A DNA stretch of 64,000 nt from Candidatus Krumholzibacteriia bacterium (GTDB lineage: Bacteria; Krumholzibacteriota; Krumholzibacteriia; JAJRXK01): contig JBGPIA010000016.1 of the NCBI GenBank assembly GCA_041484665.1, positions 32,001 through 96,000 of the forward strand. The letters run 5' to 3'. The stretch's first letter is position 1; each line of letters begins with the position of its first letter. The notes below the pieces were generated by a model. It ran no database searches. It saw only the letters and a list, made by a program, of their open reading frames with translations, and was not told the origin of the DNA. The position numbers and the translations under genes are program-made. Shown piece by piece: positions 39,101 to 47,668 of the stretch.

Positions 39101-39272
39101 GCGAAGGGGACGCATTCGGGTACGGGAGGTTCACGAACAGCATGGGGAACTCGATGTCCGGCATGAAGGCGAGCGGCAGCCGCACCACCGCCACTCCCCC
39201 CAGCACCACCATGCTGACGAGGATCATCAAAGTCGTGACGTGACGCCGGATGGCCAGCTCGGGCAGGGTCAT
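36117..39272 (-). CDS. RND efflux permease subunit (AcrB/MdtC-like)
   Basis: 1051 aa; YPNASPSQVE, GMLVDNAVVVIENI, RLRPILMT. Confidence 0.95.
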   Translation of the reverse strand: MTLPELAIRRHVTTLMILVSMVVLGGVAVVRLPLAFMPDIEFPMLFVNLPYPNASPSQVERTVVRPVEDALGSVKGLRNVYSQCDQNGGNIQLEYDWSTNMQVARSEVWEKIDRIRNDLPDDLGDISVGLGDEGGGGGSRPILEGRLSSKRDLSESWELLERRIVKPLERIPGVATVSLDGVRPREVRINLLPDALELHKVDIRAVARMIVSGNTDLSLGKITAGESRYALRALGSFQSVDQIRNLVIRADGLRLSDVADVVYAEPPLEYGRHLDGDFAIGITVNEESKANSVVVCDALQKRIAEMNNDPELQGVNFLVWFSQGKEIRKTLTDLLHTGIYGAILASVVLFLFLRRFSTTLACILCIPFSLVVACGIVWAQGKNLNTLTMLGLIVGIGMLVDNAVVVIENIFRKREEGLDRVEAARTGAREVSLAVIASTLASVIVFLPMIFNKPSEMNIYLKEIAITVCITLLASLFISQTLIPLATSWLIKSPPRPRGRLMLWIEGRYTTLLRINLRHRWITPATGLVMIASAVWPFMKVDKNFGANNSELFVQANYTFSEELSLQRKEQVVTQVERWLEPHRNELMARSIYSFWGDQFAMTRIYLHEGEANAENIAKVRTRLRSLLPEVPGVKLDVQQTGQMWRQDRAKRVMFQLVGEDSEVLGELADQAKRRLEGIPGLIDATASSQQGQQELHVKLDRDLAARYGITPQQAADVVGLTYRGRRLQRFRTPDGEREMRLTLDERRTASVSQLHNLPLWTENGQKVPLASLASFRQIPGASHIQRENRKTSVWVSARYEEGSREQYLPLVTAAMNSMDLPLGYSWTFGQWQQREKESSQEFLVNLLLALMLVFVVMAALFESVQQALALMVALPFALAGAVWTLYLTKTDFDSPAAIGLLLLIGIVVNNGIVMIEHINHYRRAGMPRDEAMVKGGRERLRPILMTAMTTLFGLAPMAVQKPNLAGVYYYSMALVIMGGLAVSTVLTSIMLPTTATLAEDGVTLARRRLAAFGRWVGGRAGRGRGTRPWTRRDAVPVPEHSTAYAEITPD

Positions 39273-42200
39273 GGCTGCTCCATCGCGCCGCGGAGCGCGG
39301 GAACGACCTCGCTCGCGGAGCCTGAGCCTGCGACCTTCGCGAGAGCGGGCGCCTCCGTCTCGACCCGCACCCTCGACGGAACCGCCACGTAAATCGCCGG
39401 GATCACGACCAGCGTGAGCAGGGTGGCCACCGAGAGGCCGAATACGACCGTGATCGCGAGCGGCGCCCGCAGCTCCGCCCCCTCGCCCCAGGCCAGCGCC
39501 ATCGGCACCAGGCCCAGGATCGCGGTCAGGGCAGTCATCAGGATCGGCCGCAGCCGGATGTGCCCGGCCTGGACGACGGCCTCGACCTTGTCCGTCCCGC
39601 CGCGGCGCAGGCGGTTGACGCAGTCGATCAGCACGATCGCGTTCTTCACGACCACGCCCGAAAGCAGGATCACGCCGATCAGCACCATCACGTTGATCGG
39701 GGTCGAGGTCACCAGCAGCCCCAGGACGACGCCCACCAGTCCCAGCGGGATCGTCAGCAGGATGATCAGCGGGTGCAGGAACGACTCGAAGGTGGAGGCC
39801 ATGACCAGGTACACGAGGAAGATCGCCAGCAGCAGCGCGAAGCGGAGGCTGTGCAAGCTGACCTGCATCTCCTTGTTCTGTCCGCCGATCTCCGTCGTGA
39901 TGCCTTGGGGCGGCGGGTCGCGCTGCAGCAGCGCCTGGACGTCGTGCACGACCGCGCCCAATCCCCGGCCGCTCAGGTTCGCGGTGATTACCGCCGCGCG
40001 CTGCTGCTGCATGCGGTGGATCTCCGCCGGGCCGCGCTCGATCCGCACATCCGCGACCGAGAGCAGGCGGATCGCATCGCCCCCGGGCCCGGGAAGCACC
40101 AGGTTGCGCACGTCCTCGAAGGACTGCCGCGCCTGCTCCTGGTTGCGCAGCCGGATGTCAATCTGCCGGTCCTCCTGCTTGAAGCGCGTGGGCACCACGC
40201 CCTGGACCCGGTTGCGCAGGGTCTCGGACATCACCCCCATGTCGAGCCCTAAGGCCGCGAGCTTGTCACGGTCGAACACCACCTGCAGCTCGGGGTGGCC
40301 GGCCTCGAGCGACGAGCGCGCGTCCACCAGCCCCGGGATGGTGGCGAGGTCGCCGGCCAGCTCCAGCGAGTAGTCTCGCAGCGCGTCGAGATCCTCGCCA
40401 TAGAGCACGACCTCGATCGGCGTCTTGAGGCTGAAGTAGGACGGACGGCCGAACTTGACCTCCATGTCGGGAATGTTGGCGTACCGCGCCCGCATCGCCT
40501 CGATCGCGGCTTCCTCGGCGCGGTGGTCGCCGCGGTTGCGCATGGCCACGTTCAGCTGCGCCAGGTTCTCGGCCCTCGTGTTGAGCGAGATACCGCCGGC
40601 CACGAGGCGGCTGCCGACCGTCGAGTAGTAGCGCTCGACCGTGGGCAGCCCCGCGGCGGTCTCCTCCATCTGGTGGACGACGCGATCGGTGGCGGCGAGC
40701 GAGGCCCCTTCGGGCATGTCGACCTCGTAGAAAAACTCGCCCTCAGTGAGCTGCGGGATCAGCTCGGTGTCCACCAGGCGCACGGCCCAGAGCGAGATCA
40801 GGAAGAGCCCCGCGGCGACGGCGATCGTCAGGCCACGGCGCCGCACGGCAGCGCGGACCAGGCGGTCGTACAAAAGCGAGAAGCGTCCGAGGGTGTGGCG
40901 CGCGCCGGCTTTGATCTCCTCGTCGCGCGGACCGCCCCCCGCGATCTTCCCGCCGAGCGAGGCCGCCATCGGCGTGATGGTCATTGCGACCGCGAGCGAG
41001 GCAAGCAGGCTGATCGTCACCGTGAGCGCCTGATCCCGGAAGAGCTGCCCCGCCACCCCCTCGACGAACACGAGCGGCACGAAGACGACGACCGTGGTCA
41101 GAGTCGAGGCGAACACGGCGGCGCCGACTTCCTCGGTCCCTTCGACCGCTGCACGCCGCAGACTCAGTCCCTGGTGCCTCTTGCGGAAGATCGATTCCAG
41201 CACCACGATCGAGTCGTCGACCATCATGCCGATCCCCAGCGTCAGGCCGCCCAGGGACATGACGTTCAGCGAGATGTTCATGCGGTACATCAGCATGAAC
41301 GTGGTGATGATCGATATCGGGATCGAGATGGCGATGATCAGTGTGCTGCGCACATCCCGCAGGAAGGCGAACAGCACGAGTAGGGCGAGCAGGCCGCCCA
41401 GCAGCGCCGAGTCGCGCACCTCGTTGATCGACTGCCGGATGAACTGCGACTGGTCGAAGAGGGTCGTCAGCTGATGCCCTGGGGGGATCTTGCTCTTCCA
41501 CTGCTGCAGCCGTTCGCGCACGAGACGCGACACGGTGACGGCGTTTGCGTCACCCTCTTTGTAGATCGCGATCTCGATCGACTCCTGGCCGCCGACGCGT
41601 GTGATCTCCTCCCGCTCCTTGGTGCCCATCTGCACGTCGGCGACATCGCGCAGCCGGACCGGCGCCCCGTTCTGCTGCCAGACGATCAGGTCGGCGATCT
41701 CCCGCACGCTGCCGAACTCGTTCACGGTGCGGATGAGGTACTGGCTCTCCTGGCCGCGCAGAGAGCCCCCGGGGAGGTTGACGTTCGAGACGCCCAGCAC
41801 CTGGCGGATGCGATCCAACGGTATGCCGAGCGCGGCCAGCCGCTCCTGGTCGACCGCGACCTGGACCTCTTCCTCCAGCCCGCCTTTCACCTGCGCCGCA
41901 GCCACGCCCTTGATCGTCTCGATATCCTGCTTGATCTGCCGGTCGGCGAGCCGGCGCATCTCGGTGAGCTTGCCCGAGCCGGATAGCGCGACGCGGATGA
42001 TCGGGTCGAGCGAGGGGTCGAAGCGCAGGACGACCGGGTCGCGCGCCTCCTGCGGGAGGAGCCGCCGGTCCAGCTTCTCCCGGACCTCCATGGACATCAT
42101 GTCCATATCGGTGCCCCAATCGAACTCGAGCGTCACTTCCGACACCCCGGGGCGCGACACCGAGTGGACGGATTGCAGGCCACGCAGCACGCCCACCGTC

Positions 42201-42409
42201 TCCTCGACCGGTCGCGTGACGAGGTTCTCGACCTCCTGGGGCGCGGTGTCGGGGAACTCGGTCTGGACGGTGAGGGACGGGTAACTGATGTCCGGGAAGA
42301 GCTCGAGCGGCAGGCGCTGGTAGCCCACGATCCCGAAGGTGAGCACGGCCAGCGTGAGCATGACGACCGTCACCCGCCGGCGTACGGAGGTCTCGATCAG
42401 CCCGCGCAT
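39269..42409 (-). CDS. RND efflux permease subunit (AcrB/MdtB-like)
   Basis: 1046 aa; LFPDISYP, GMMVDDSIVVLESI, VVKNAIVL, RLRPILMT; 4-bp overlap with the next permease. Confidence 0.95.
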   Translation of the reverse strand: MRGLIETSVRRRVTVVMLTLAVLTFGIVGYQRLPLELFPDISYPSLTVQTEFPDTAPQEVENLVTRPVEETVGVLRGLQSVHSVSRPGVSEVTLEFDWGTDMDMMSMEVREKLDRRLLPQEARDPVVLRFDPSLDPIIRVALSGSGKLTEMRRLADRQIKQDIETIKGVAAAQVKGGLEEEVQVAVDQERLAALGIPLDRIRQVLGVSNVNLPGGSLRGQESQYLIRTVNEFGSVREIADLIVWQQNGAPVRLRDVADVQMGTKEREEITRVGGQESIEIAIYKEGDANAVTVSRLVRERLQQWKSKIPPGHQLTTLFDQSQFIRQSINEVRDSALLGGLLALLVLFAFLRDVRSTLIIAISIPISIITTFMLMYRMNISLNVMSLGGLTLGIGMMVDDSIVVLESIFRKRHQGLSLRRAAVEGTEEVGAAVFASTLTTVVVFVPLVFVEGVAGQLFRDQALTVTISLLASLAVAMTITPMAASLGGKIAGGGPRDEEIKAGARHTLGRFSLLYDRLVRAAVRRRGLTIAVAAGLFLISLWAVRLVDTELIPQLTEGEFFYEVDMPEGASLAATDRVVHQMEETAAGLPTVERYYSTVGSRLVAGGISLNTRAENLAQLNVAMRNRGDHRAEEAAIEAMRARYANIPDMEVKFGRPSYFSLKTPIEVVLYGEDLDALRDYSLELAGDLATIPGLVDARSSLEAGHPELQVVFDRDKLAALGLDMGVMSETLRNRVQGVVPTRFKQEDRQIDIRLRNQEQARQSFEDVRNLVLPGPGGDAIRLLSVADVRIERGPAEIHRMQQQRAAVITANLSGRGLGAVVHDVQALLQRDPPPQGITTEIGGQNKEMQVSLHSLRFALLLAIFLVYLVMASTFESFLHPLIILLTIPLGLVGVVLGLLVTSTPINVMVLIGVILLSGVVVKNAIVLIDCVNRLRRGGTDKVEAVVQAGHIRLRPILMTALTAILGLVPMALAWGEGAELRAPLAITVVFGLSVATLLTLVVIPAIYVAVPSRVRVETEAPALAKVAGSGSASEVVPALRGAMEQP

Positions 42410-43611
42410 CAGGAGGCCTTGTGCTCCGCCACCGCGGGAGCACTCTCGTCGAGGATCTTGATCGGCGAGCCGTGCTTGAGCGAACGCTGACCCTTGACCA
42501 CGACGCTCTCGCCCGCCTTGAGACCAGAGAGGATTTCCGCGTTGTCGTTGTCGGTGAAGCCGACCGAGACGACCCGCCGCTCCGCCGTACCATTGGCGGC
42601 GACATAGACGACGTCCTCGCCTTTTTCCGAGATCACGGCGATGCGTGGCGCCAGCGTCACGCCCTGGTGCCGCTCGGTGACGATCTGCACCTCGGCGAAG
42701 TCTCCGGGACGGACGCCGGCCGGGTAGGTCGGGATCTCCACCGTCAGCTTGATGGTGCCGCTGGAGGGGTCGATCACAGGGCTGATCAACTTGATGCGGC
42801 CTTGCAGGCGCTGCTGGCCGCTGTCCAACACCAGATCGACCGGCTGGTTTGGCTGCAGCTTCTTGAACTCCTTCGACGGGACGTGCACGCGGGCGAGCAG
42901 CGGGTCGAAGTCGGACAGCTCGAACAGAGGCGTGCCCGGGCTCACGGTCTGCCCCAGGTTCACCAGACGGCGGGTGACGTGGCCCCCGAAGGGCGCCACG
43001 ACAGTGGCGTAGGATAGGTTGAGGTGGGCGAGGCCCTGCTCGGCCTCGGCGGCGTCGAGCTCGCTCTTGGTCGTCTGGAAATCCTCCTCGGAGGCGAGTT
43101 GCTGCTCGCGCATCTGCTTCGCGCGCGCGAAGCGGGTCCTGAGGTTGGCCGTCTTGGCCTCGGCCTGCTGCACGCGCAGCCGGTACTCCTCGCTGTCGAT
43201 CTGGAGCAGAGGGCCCCCTTCAGGCAAGACATCGCCCTCCTCACAGGACAGCGCGAGAACGAGGCCGGACACTCGCGCCAGCACCTGCGCCTGCTTCTCG
43301 GCCTCGAGCGTCGCGGTCGCCTTGTAGTAGCTGGCGATCTCGCCGATCTCGGCCGACCGGACCGCGACCGGGACCGGTGGCTGGGCTGGTGCGCCGGTCT
43401 GGCTGTTCGGTTGGGTGCCGCTCTGGGTGGTTTGCGCGCGGGCATCGGGTACCGCGGCCCCGCCGCCACCACCCTTGCCGCAGCCCGCAGCGGCCGCGAG
43501 GACCACGAAGGCCGCGACGAGCAGCAATGGCAGAGGAGTAGCCCGGGCTCGGGCTCTGCATGGGCGCTTCCGGCGCGACGCGACAGACTTGCCTGGAGAG
43601 AGGGTCCGCAT
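42409..43611 (-). CDS. RND periplasmic adaptor (membrane fusion lipoprotein)
   Basis: Lipobox AAGC, ARVSG..EGD, APFGGHV..GQTV, ISPVIDPSSGT, GLKAGESVVVKGQ. The start is uncertain. Confidence 0.9.
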   Translation of the reverse strand: MRTLSPGKSVASRRKRPCRARARATPLPLLLVAAFVVLAAAAGCGKGGGGGAAVPDARAQTTQSGTQPNSQTGAPAQPPVPVAVRSAEIGEIASYYKATATLEAEKQAQVLARVSGLVLALSCEEGDVLPEGGPLLQIDSEEYRLRVQQAEAKTANLRTRFARAKQMREQQLASEEDFQTTKSELDAAEAEQGLAHLNLSYATVVAPFGGHVTRRLVNLGQTVSPGTPLFELSDFDPLLARVHVPSKEFKKLQPNQPVDLVLDSGQQRLQGRIKLISPVIDPSSGTIKLTVEIPTYPAGVRPGDFAEVQIVTERHQGVTLAPRIAVISEKGEDVVYVAANGTAERRVVSVGFTDNDNAEILSGLKAGESVVVKGQRSLKHGSPIKILDESAPAVAEHKAS

Positions 43612-44067
43612 GGAGGCCGTCCTGGTTGGAGGCTGGCGGCTCGGGAATTCGGCGATTCCAGTTCCGAGGATCGGGGCGCAGGGGCAGACGCTGGGCCTCG
43701 TCGGGCAGTACGGAACCGGCCCAGGGGAGGTTCCATGGGGTGGACGCATGGTCCGGGGTGTGCGCCTGGGCGGGCCCGAGGGAGTCCGAAGCCCTGGGTG
43801 CAGGCTCTGCCGGGGCTCGACGGCGAACCCTGGGCGGCTCATGTCGGCCTCCCGGACCACCACGCGGTCGGGGAAAGCGCACCGGCGCCCGACAACCAGG
43901 CCGCGACGCCAACGCACCGCGCTGCCCGCGAACACCAGCGCGACCCCGACCAGCATGTCTCGGGCGACACCACCCCCGAAGTCGATCACCCAAAGTGGCC
44001 GCGGGAGCCCCTCGGCTGTGGGCGTGTGCAGCCCCATCGCGATCTCCGCAATCGCTCTACCGTTCGC

Positions 44068-45816
44068 CTAGAAGCCGCCCCCCCCACCACCACCGCCGCC
44101 ACCACCGGACGAGCCGCCTCCACCGAAGCCCGAGCTTCCCGAGCTGCGCGGCGAGGAGGCCATGGCGGTGGCAGTGCGCGAGCTCATGTGCTCCAAGTGG
44201 GCGGCCAGCAGGGTGGGCCGGAAGTCCACGGCGCCGGGGCCGCGATACCAGTCGGGCGGTTGTTTGCAGATGTCGTCGAACGCGGCGACCCAGCGCTTCT
44301 CCACGCCCAGGCACATGGCGTAGGGCAGGTACTTCTCGAACAGCTCGGGCGTCTTGACCACGCGCTCGAACCGGTCGCGGTCCACGCGACCCAGGAACTC
44401 CTCGAAGCCCAGCGCGCCCTCCAGCGCGCGGACGCCGGCGTAGGTGCGGGCTGGCATGACCCGCGCAAAGACCAGTCCGATGATCGCGCTGAGCACCGCG
44501 GCGAGGACCCACGGCAACGGCGACACGCCCAACACGTGTGACAGGCCTATCCCCGCCCAGAAGAGGAGGATCCCCCCAAAGATCGCCAGGCAGGCGGACC
44601 AGGACTGGACGCGGTCCGGGCGCCGCCGATAGAAGCGCTTGGCCACCAGCGCTTCGTAGATGCGGTCGCGGATGCGCGGCAGCGCTTTGTAGAATTCGTA
44701 CTCGAGGTCAAAATCCCCGACGCGGTCACCCTTCTTGAACACCGCCGCCAACAGCTCCTCCTCGTGCGGCATGAGCGTCGCCGCCGAGGCCGGTGGCGTG
44801 CGCTTCTCGAACACGTAGCTCGTGCTCGAGCGCAATCCCAAGAGTTTCTGCTCCTTCTTTTCTTCGATGATCAGGTAGCCGCGCACCGCCAGATCGACCA
44901 GCGTGGCCGTGATATCGCGCAGGTCGGGACGGTTGTCCACCAGCGTGCCCAGCTCGCCCGGCGTCAGCGCCGCCGGCGGCTCGTACTGCACTGCGATGGG
45001 GCGCCGGCGTGGATCGCGCCCGATTTTCCACCACAGCCTGTAGAGTATGACGAACGCCAGCACCGGGATGACGAAGGGCCAATTGCTGCGAGCGAAACGC
45101 CACGTCTGCGCGACGCGGCTGGGGAGCGCAACGAAGCCCTTGTCCCATCCCACGACGACGGTCATCCCCTCGTGGAAGGCCAGTTCGCGCCGCATGCGGA
45201 GTTCGACGACGTTGCTGTTCACCTGAACGTCCGCATCGTGCTCGCGCGAGCCGTAGGCACCGGTGAATGCCAGGGTGCGCACGCCGGTGACGCCCGCGGG
45301 AAGCTGGATGGTGGCGGTGACCGCCTCGATCGGCACTTCCCACTCGTCTCCGGTGATGTTCCAGTACAGCTCGTCGTGGTCCTCGAAAAACAACAGTCCG
45401 TTGGGAACGCGATACGTGAGAACGACGGTACGAACCGCGTCCTGCGCTCCGGGTATCCAGATCTTGAGTTTGCGATAGTGGCGCTCGCGGCTCCCCGCCA
45501 CCCGCAGCGCCGTGCCGTTGCCGTCGGTGGCGCCTTCGACGTCGAGGAACAGCGTCTTGTTGAAGCCCTGCGGTGTGCGGTACTGTACCGGAATCGTGCG
45601 GTAGATGCCGTTCCAGGAGCCTTCAAAGCGTGGGTGTATCGTCTCGGTGACGACAATGCCGCCATCGGACTCGACGCGGACCGTCGCATCGAACGACTGA
45701 ATGACTAGCGCGCGCGCGGCGACGGAGTCGATGCTGGCGAAGGGTGCCAGCAATGCGATCAGCGCCGGCGCTGCGAGCCATCGGGGGACCAGGGCGAAGC
45801 GCTGTAGTGTCGGCAT
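44068..45816 (-). CDS. DUF2207-family membrane protein
   Basis: GIYRTIP, DELYWNITG, ATLVDLAVRGYL, FEKYLPYA, and a Gly-rich tail SGGGGGGGGGGGF; directly downstream of lemA. Confidence 0.92.
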   Translation of the reverse strand: MPTLQRFALVPRWLAAPALIALLAPFASIDSVAARALVIQSFDATVRVESDGGIVVTETIHPRFEGSWNGIYRTIPVQYRTPQGFNKTLFLDVEGATDGNGTALRVAGSRERHYRKLKIWIPGAQDAVRTVVLTYRVPNGLLFFEDHDELYWNITGDEWEVPIEAVTATIQLPAGVTGVRTLAFTGAYGSREHDADVQVNSNVVELRMRRELAFHEGMTVVVGWDKGFVALPSRVAQTWRFARSNWPFVIPVLAFVILYRLWWKIGRDPRRRPIAVQYEPPAALTPGELGTLVDNRPDLRDITATLVDLAVRGYLIIEEKKEQKLLGLRSSTSYVFEKRTPPASAATLMPHEEELLAAVFKKGDRVGDFDLEYEFYKALPRIRDRIYEALVAKRFYRRRPDRVQSWSACLAIFGGILLFWAGIGLSHVLGVSPLPWVLAAVLSAIIGLVFARVMPARTYAGVRALEGALGFEEFLGRVDRDRFERVVKTPELFEKYLPYAMCLGVEKRWVAAFDDICKQPPDWYRGPGAVDFRPTLLAAHLEHMSSRTATAMASSPRSSGSSGFGGGGSSGGGGGGGGGGGF

Positions 45817-45828
45817 GTCGCGCAGAGA

Positions 45829-46386
45829 TCAACTCGCGCCGAAGGTGACCTGGGGGGCCTGGCGGTCGCCGGCGACGTCGAGTCCGAAGAATTCGCGGGT
45901 GTGGAACCCGAACGCGCCGGCAACGAGATTGCTCGGCACCTGTTGGATCTTCGTGTTCAGATCGCGCACCACCGCGTTGTAGTAGCGGCGCGCATTCTGG
46001 ATCTGGTCCTCGATTTCGGCCAACGAGCGCTGCAGCGACGTGAAGGTGTCTACGGCGCGCAGCTGGGGATACGACTCGGCCAGCGCGAAGAGCTGGCGCA
46101 GCGACCCTGCCAGCGCCCCTTCGGCGTCGCCCTTGGCGGCGGGGCCCTGCGCCTGCATCGCCCGATTGCGCGCCTGCACCACCTCCTCAAGAGTGGCCCT
46201 CTCGTGGACGGCGTAGCCCTTCACGGTCTCCACCAGATTCGGGATGAGGTCGTGCCGCCGCTTCAGCTGGACGTCGATATCCGACCAGGCGTTGTCGCAG
46301 AGCTGCCGCAGGCGCACCAGCCCGTTGTAGGAGACGGCGACGAAGATGGCGACGACGACGACCAGCGCCAGAATCAGCAGGGGCAT
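45829..46386 (-). CDS. lemA: LemA family protein
   Basis: YNGLVRL..AWSDIDVQLKRRHDLIPNLVETVKGYA..ESYPQL..ARRYYNAVV..PSNLVA. Confidence 0.95.
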   Translation of the reverse strand: MPLLILALVVVVAIFVAVSYNGLVRLRQLCDNAWSDIDVQLKRRHDLIPNLVETVKGYAVHERATLEEVVQARNRAMQAQGPAAKGDAEGALAGSLRQLFALAESYPQLRAVDTFTSLQRSLAEIEDQIQNARRYYNAVVRDLNTKIQQVPSNLVAGAFGFHTREFFGLDVAGDRQAPQVTFGAS

Positions 46387-46706
46387 GCGATCAACCTTTC
46401 GGCAGGTCCTGACGCGAGCCACTGTACGGCGGGGGCTTGGGGCTGTAAAGTTCCAGCGATCAGGATTCAACGACGGGGTCGACCGATGCCGAGCGGCACA
46501 TACGTGGTACGCCTGCAGACGGAGAGTGCGGTCCAGAGCCGGAAGCTGACGCTGGCGCGCTGACACCCAACGACCCCGGGTAGACTGCGGCGGGTGGAAC
46601 GTTTCGCGATCATCACCGGAGATTCCGCGAGGGTCGCCTCTCGATTGCTGGCTGCCGGGCTCAACCCGGCACCGGGGATGAAACCGCGCAACAGAAGAAC
46701 GGGGCG

Positions 46707-47198
46707 ATGACGCTGCTGGAGGTGCTGTCTCTTCTCCATGGTCGCTGGCTTGGCACCGGGCGCGGGGGGTATCCGACGATCCAGCCATTCGAGTTCGCTG
46801 AGGAGACGACCTTCGTCCTCGCCTTAGAATACCCCCTGCTGCGCTATGAGCAACGCACCGTTCTCCTTCCCGACCGCAAGTCGAGCCACTGGGAGGTGGG
46901 CTTCCTGCGACCGACCGACGATGGCCTCCTCGAGATCTCGAATGCCCAGGATGGCGGGCGGGTCGAGGTCTTGCGGGGCAGCTACTCCATCACCGCCGAC
47001 CCTCCCGTCCGCGTGCGACTGGCGCTTCGAAGTAAGATCATTGCGAACGATCCGAGGATGCTGGAAACGGAGCGCGTGATCACGGTGCGAGGAGACGTCC
47101 TGCACTACGAGAACTATATGGTCACGACCACGACGGAGCGACCGGTCCGGGAGAAACATCTCGAAGCATGGCTGCGCCGGGCAGAGGCTACGGCCTAG
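46707..47198 (+). CDS. Nitrobindin / FABP-like (DUF1794, THAP4-like) heme beta-barrel protein
   Basis: GRWLGTGRGGYPTI..F.EE, SHWEVGFLR, and a C-terminal His (KHLEAWL). Confidence 0.85.
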   Translation: MTLLEVLSLLHGRWLGTGRGGYPTIQPFEFAEETTFVLALEYPLLRYEQRTVLLPDRKSSHWEVGFLRPTDDGLLEISNAQDGGRVEVLRGSYSITADPPVRVRLALRSKIIANDPRMLETERVITVRGDVLHYENYMVTTTTERPVREKHLEAWLRRAEATA

Positions 47199-47289
47199 CA
47201 TGGTGTCGCTGCTGACGAGCGGCTTGCCCCGCTATTAGGCTGGGGCTTGCAGCTGGACTGCCCATCCACCAGACATCGGGGAGGATAAA

Positions 47290-47658
47290 GTGTTCGAGGG
47301 ACTGCGGACGGTCATCTACCGTGCTGACAATCTGGAGAAGGCGAAGCAGTGGTACACCACAGTCCTGGGAATCGATCCCTACTTCGCCCAGCCGTTCTAC
47401 GTGGGCTTCAATGTCGGTGGATTCGAGCTGGGGTTGGATCCCGACGCCAAGGACCTTGCGCAGGGCACGGGGGGTATTGTCGCCTATTGGGGGGTCAAGA
47501 ACGCCGAGGCAGCCCTGAGCCGGCTGCTTGATCTCGGGGCCACTCCGCGCCGGGCAATCCAGGACGTGGGCGAGGGCATCCGCGTCGCCAGCGTGCTCGA
47601 TCCGTTCGGCAATGTCCTGGGCATCATCGAGAACCCCCACTTCAAGCTGCCCGGGTAG
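47290..47658 (+). CDS. VOC/glyoxalase family protein
   Basis: GLRTVIY..AKQWY..PFYVGFNVGGFELGLDP..DVGEGI..DPFGNVLGIIENP; GGAGG RBS. Confidence 0.92.
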   Translation: MFEGLRTVIYRADNLEKAKQWYTTVLGIDPYFAQPFYVGFNVGGFELGLDPDAKDLAQGTGGIVAYWGVKNAEAALSRLLDLGATPRRAIQDVGEGIRVASVLDPFGNVLGIIENPHFKLPG

Positions 47659-47668
47659 AGTCCAGCGG

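Noticed and set aside
43612..44037. 142-codon N-terminal extension of the RND adaptor, containing FGGGVARDMLVG (reminiscent of UPF0126/TRIC proteins)
   Set aside because: It lies far upstream of the lipoprotein signal, and one short motif is not enough to call a gene or a remnant.
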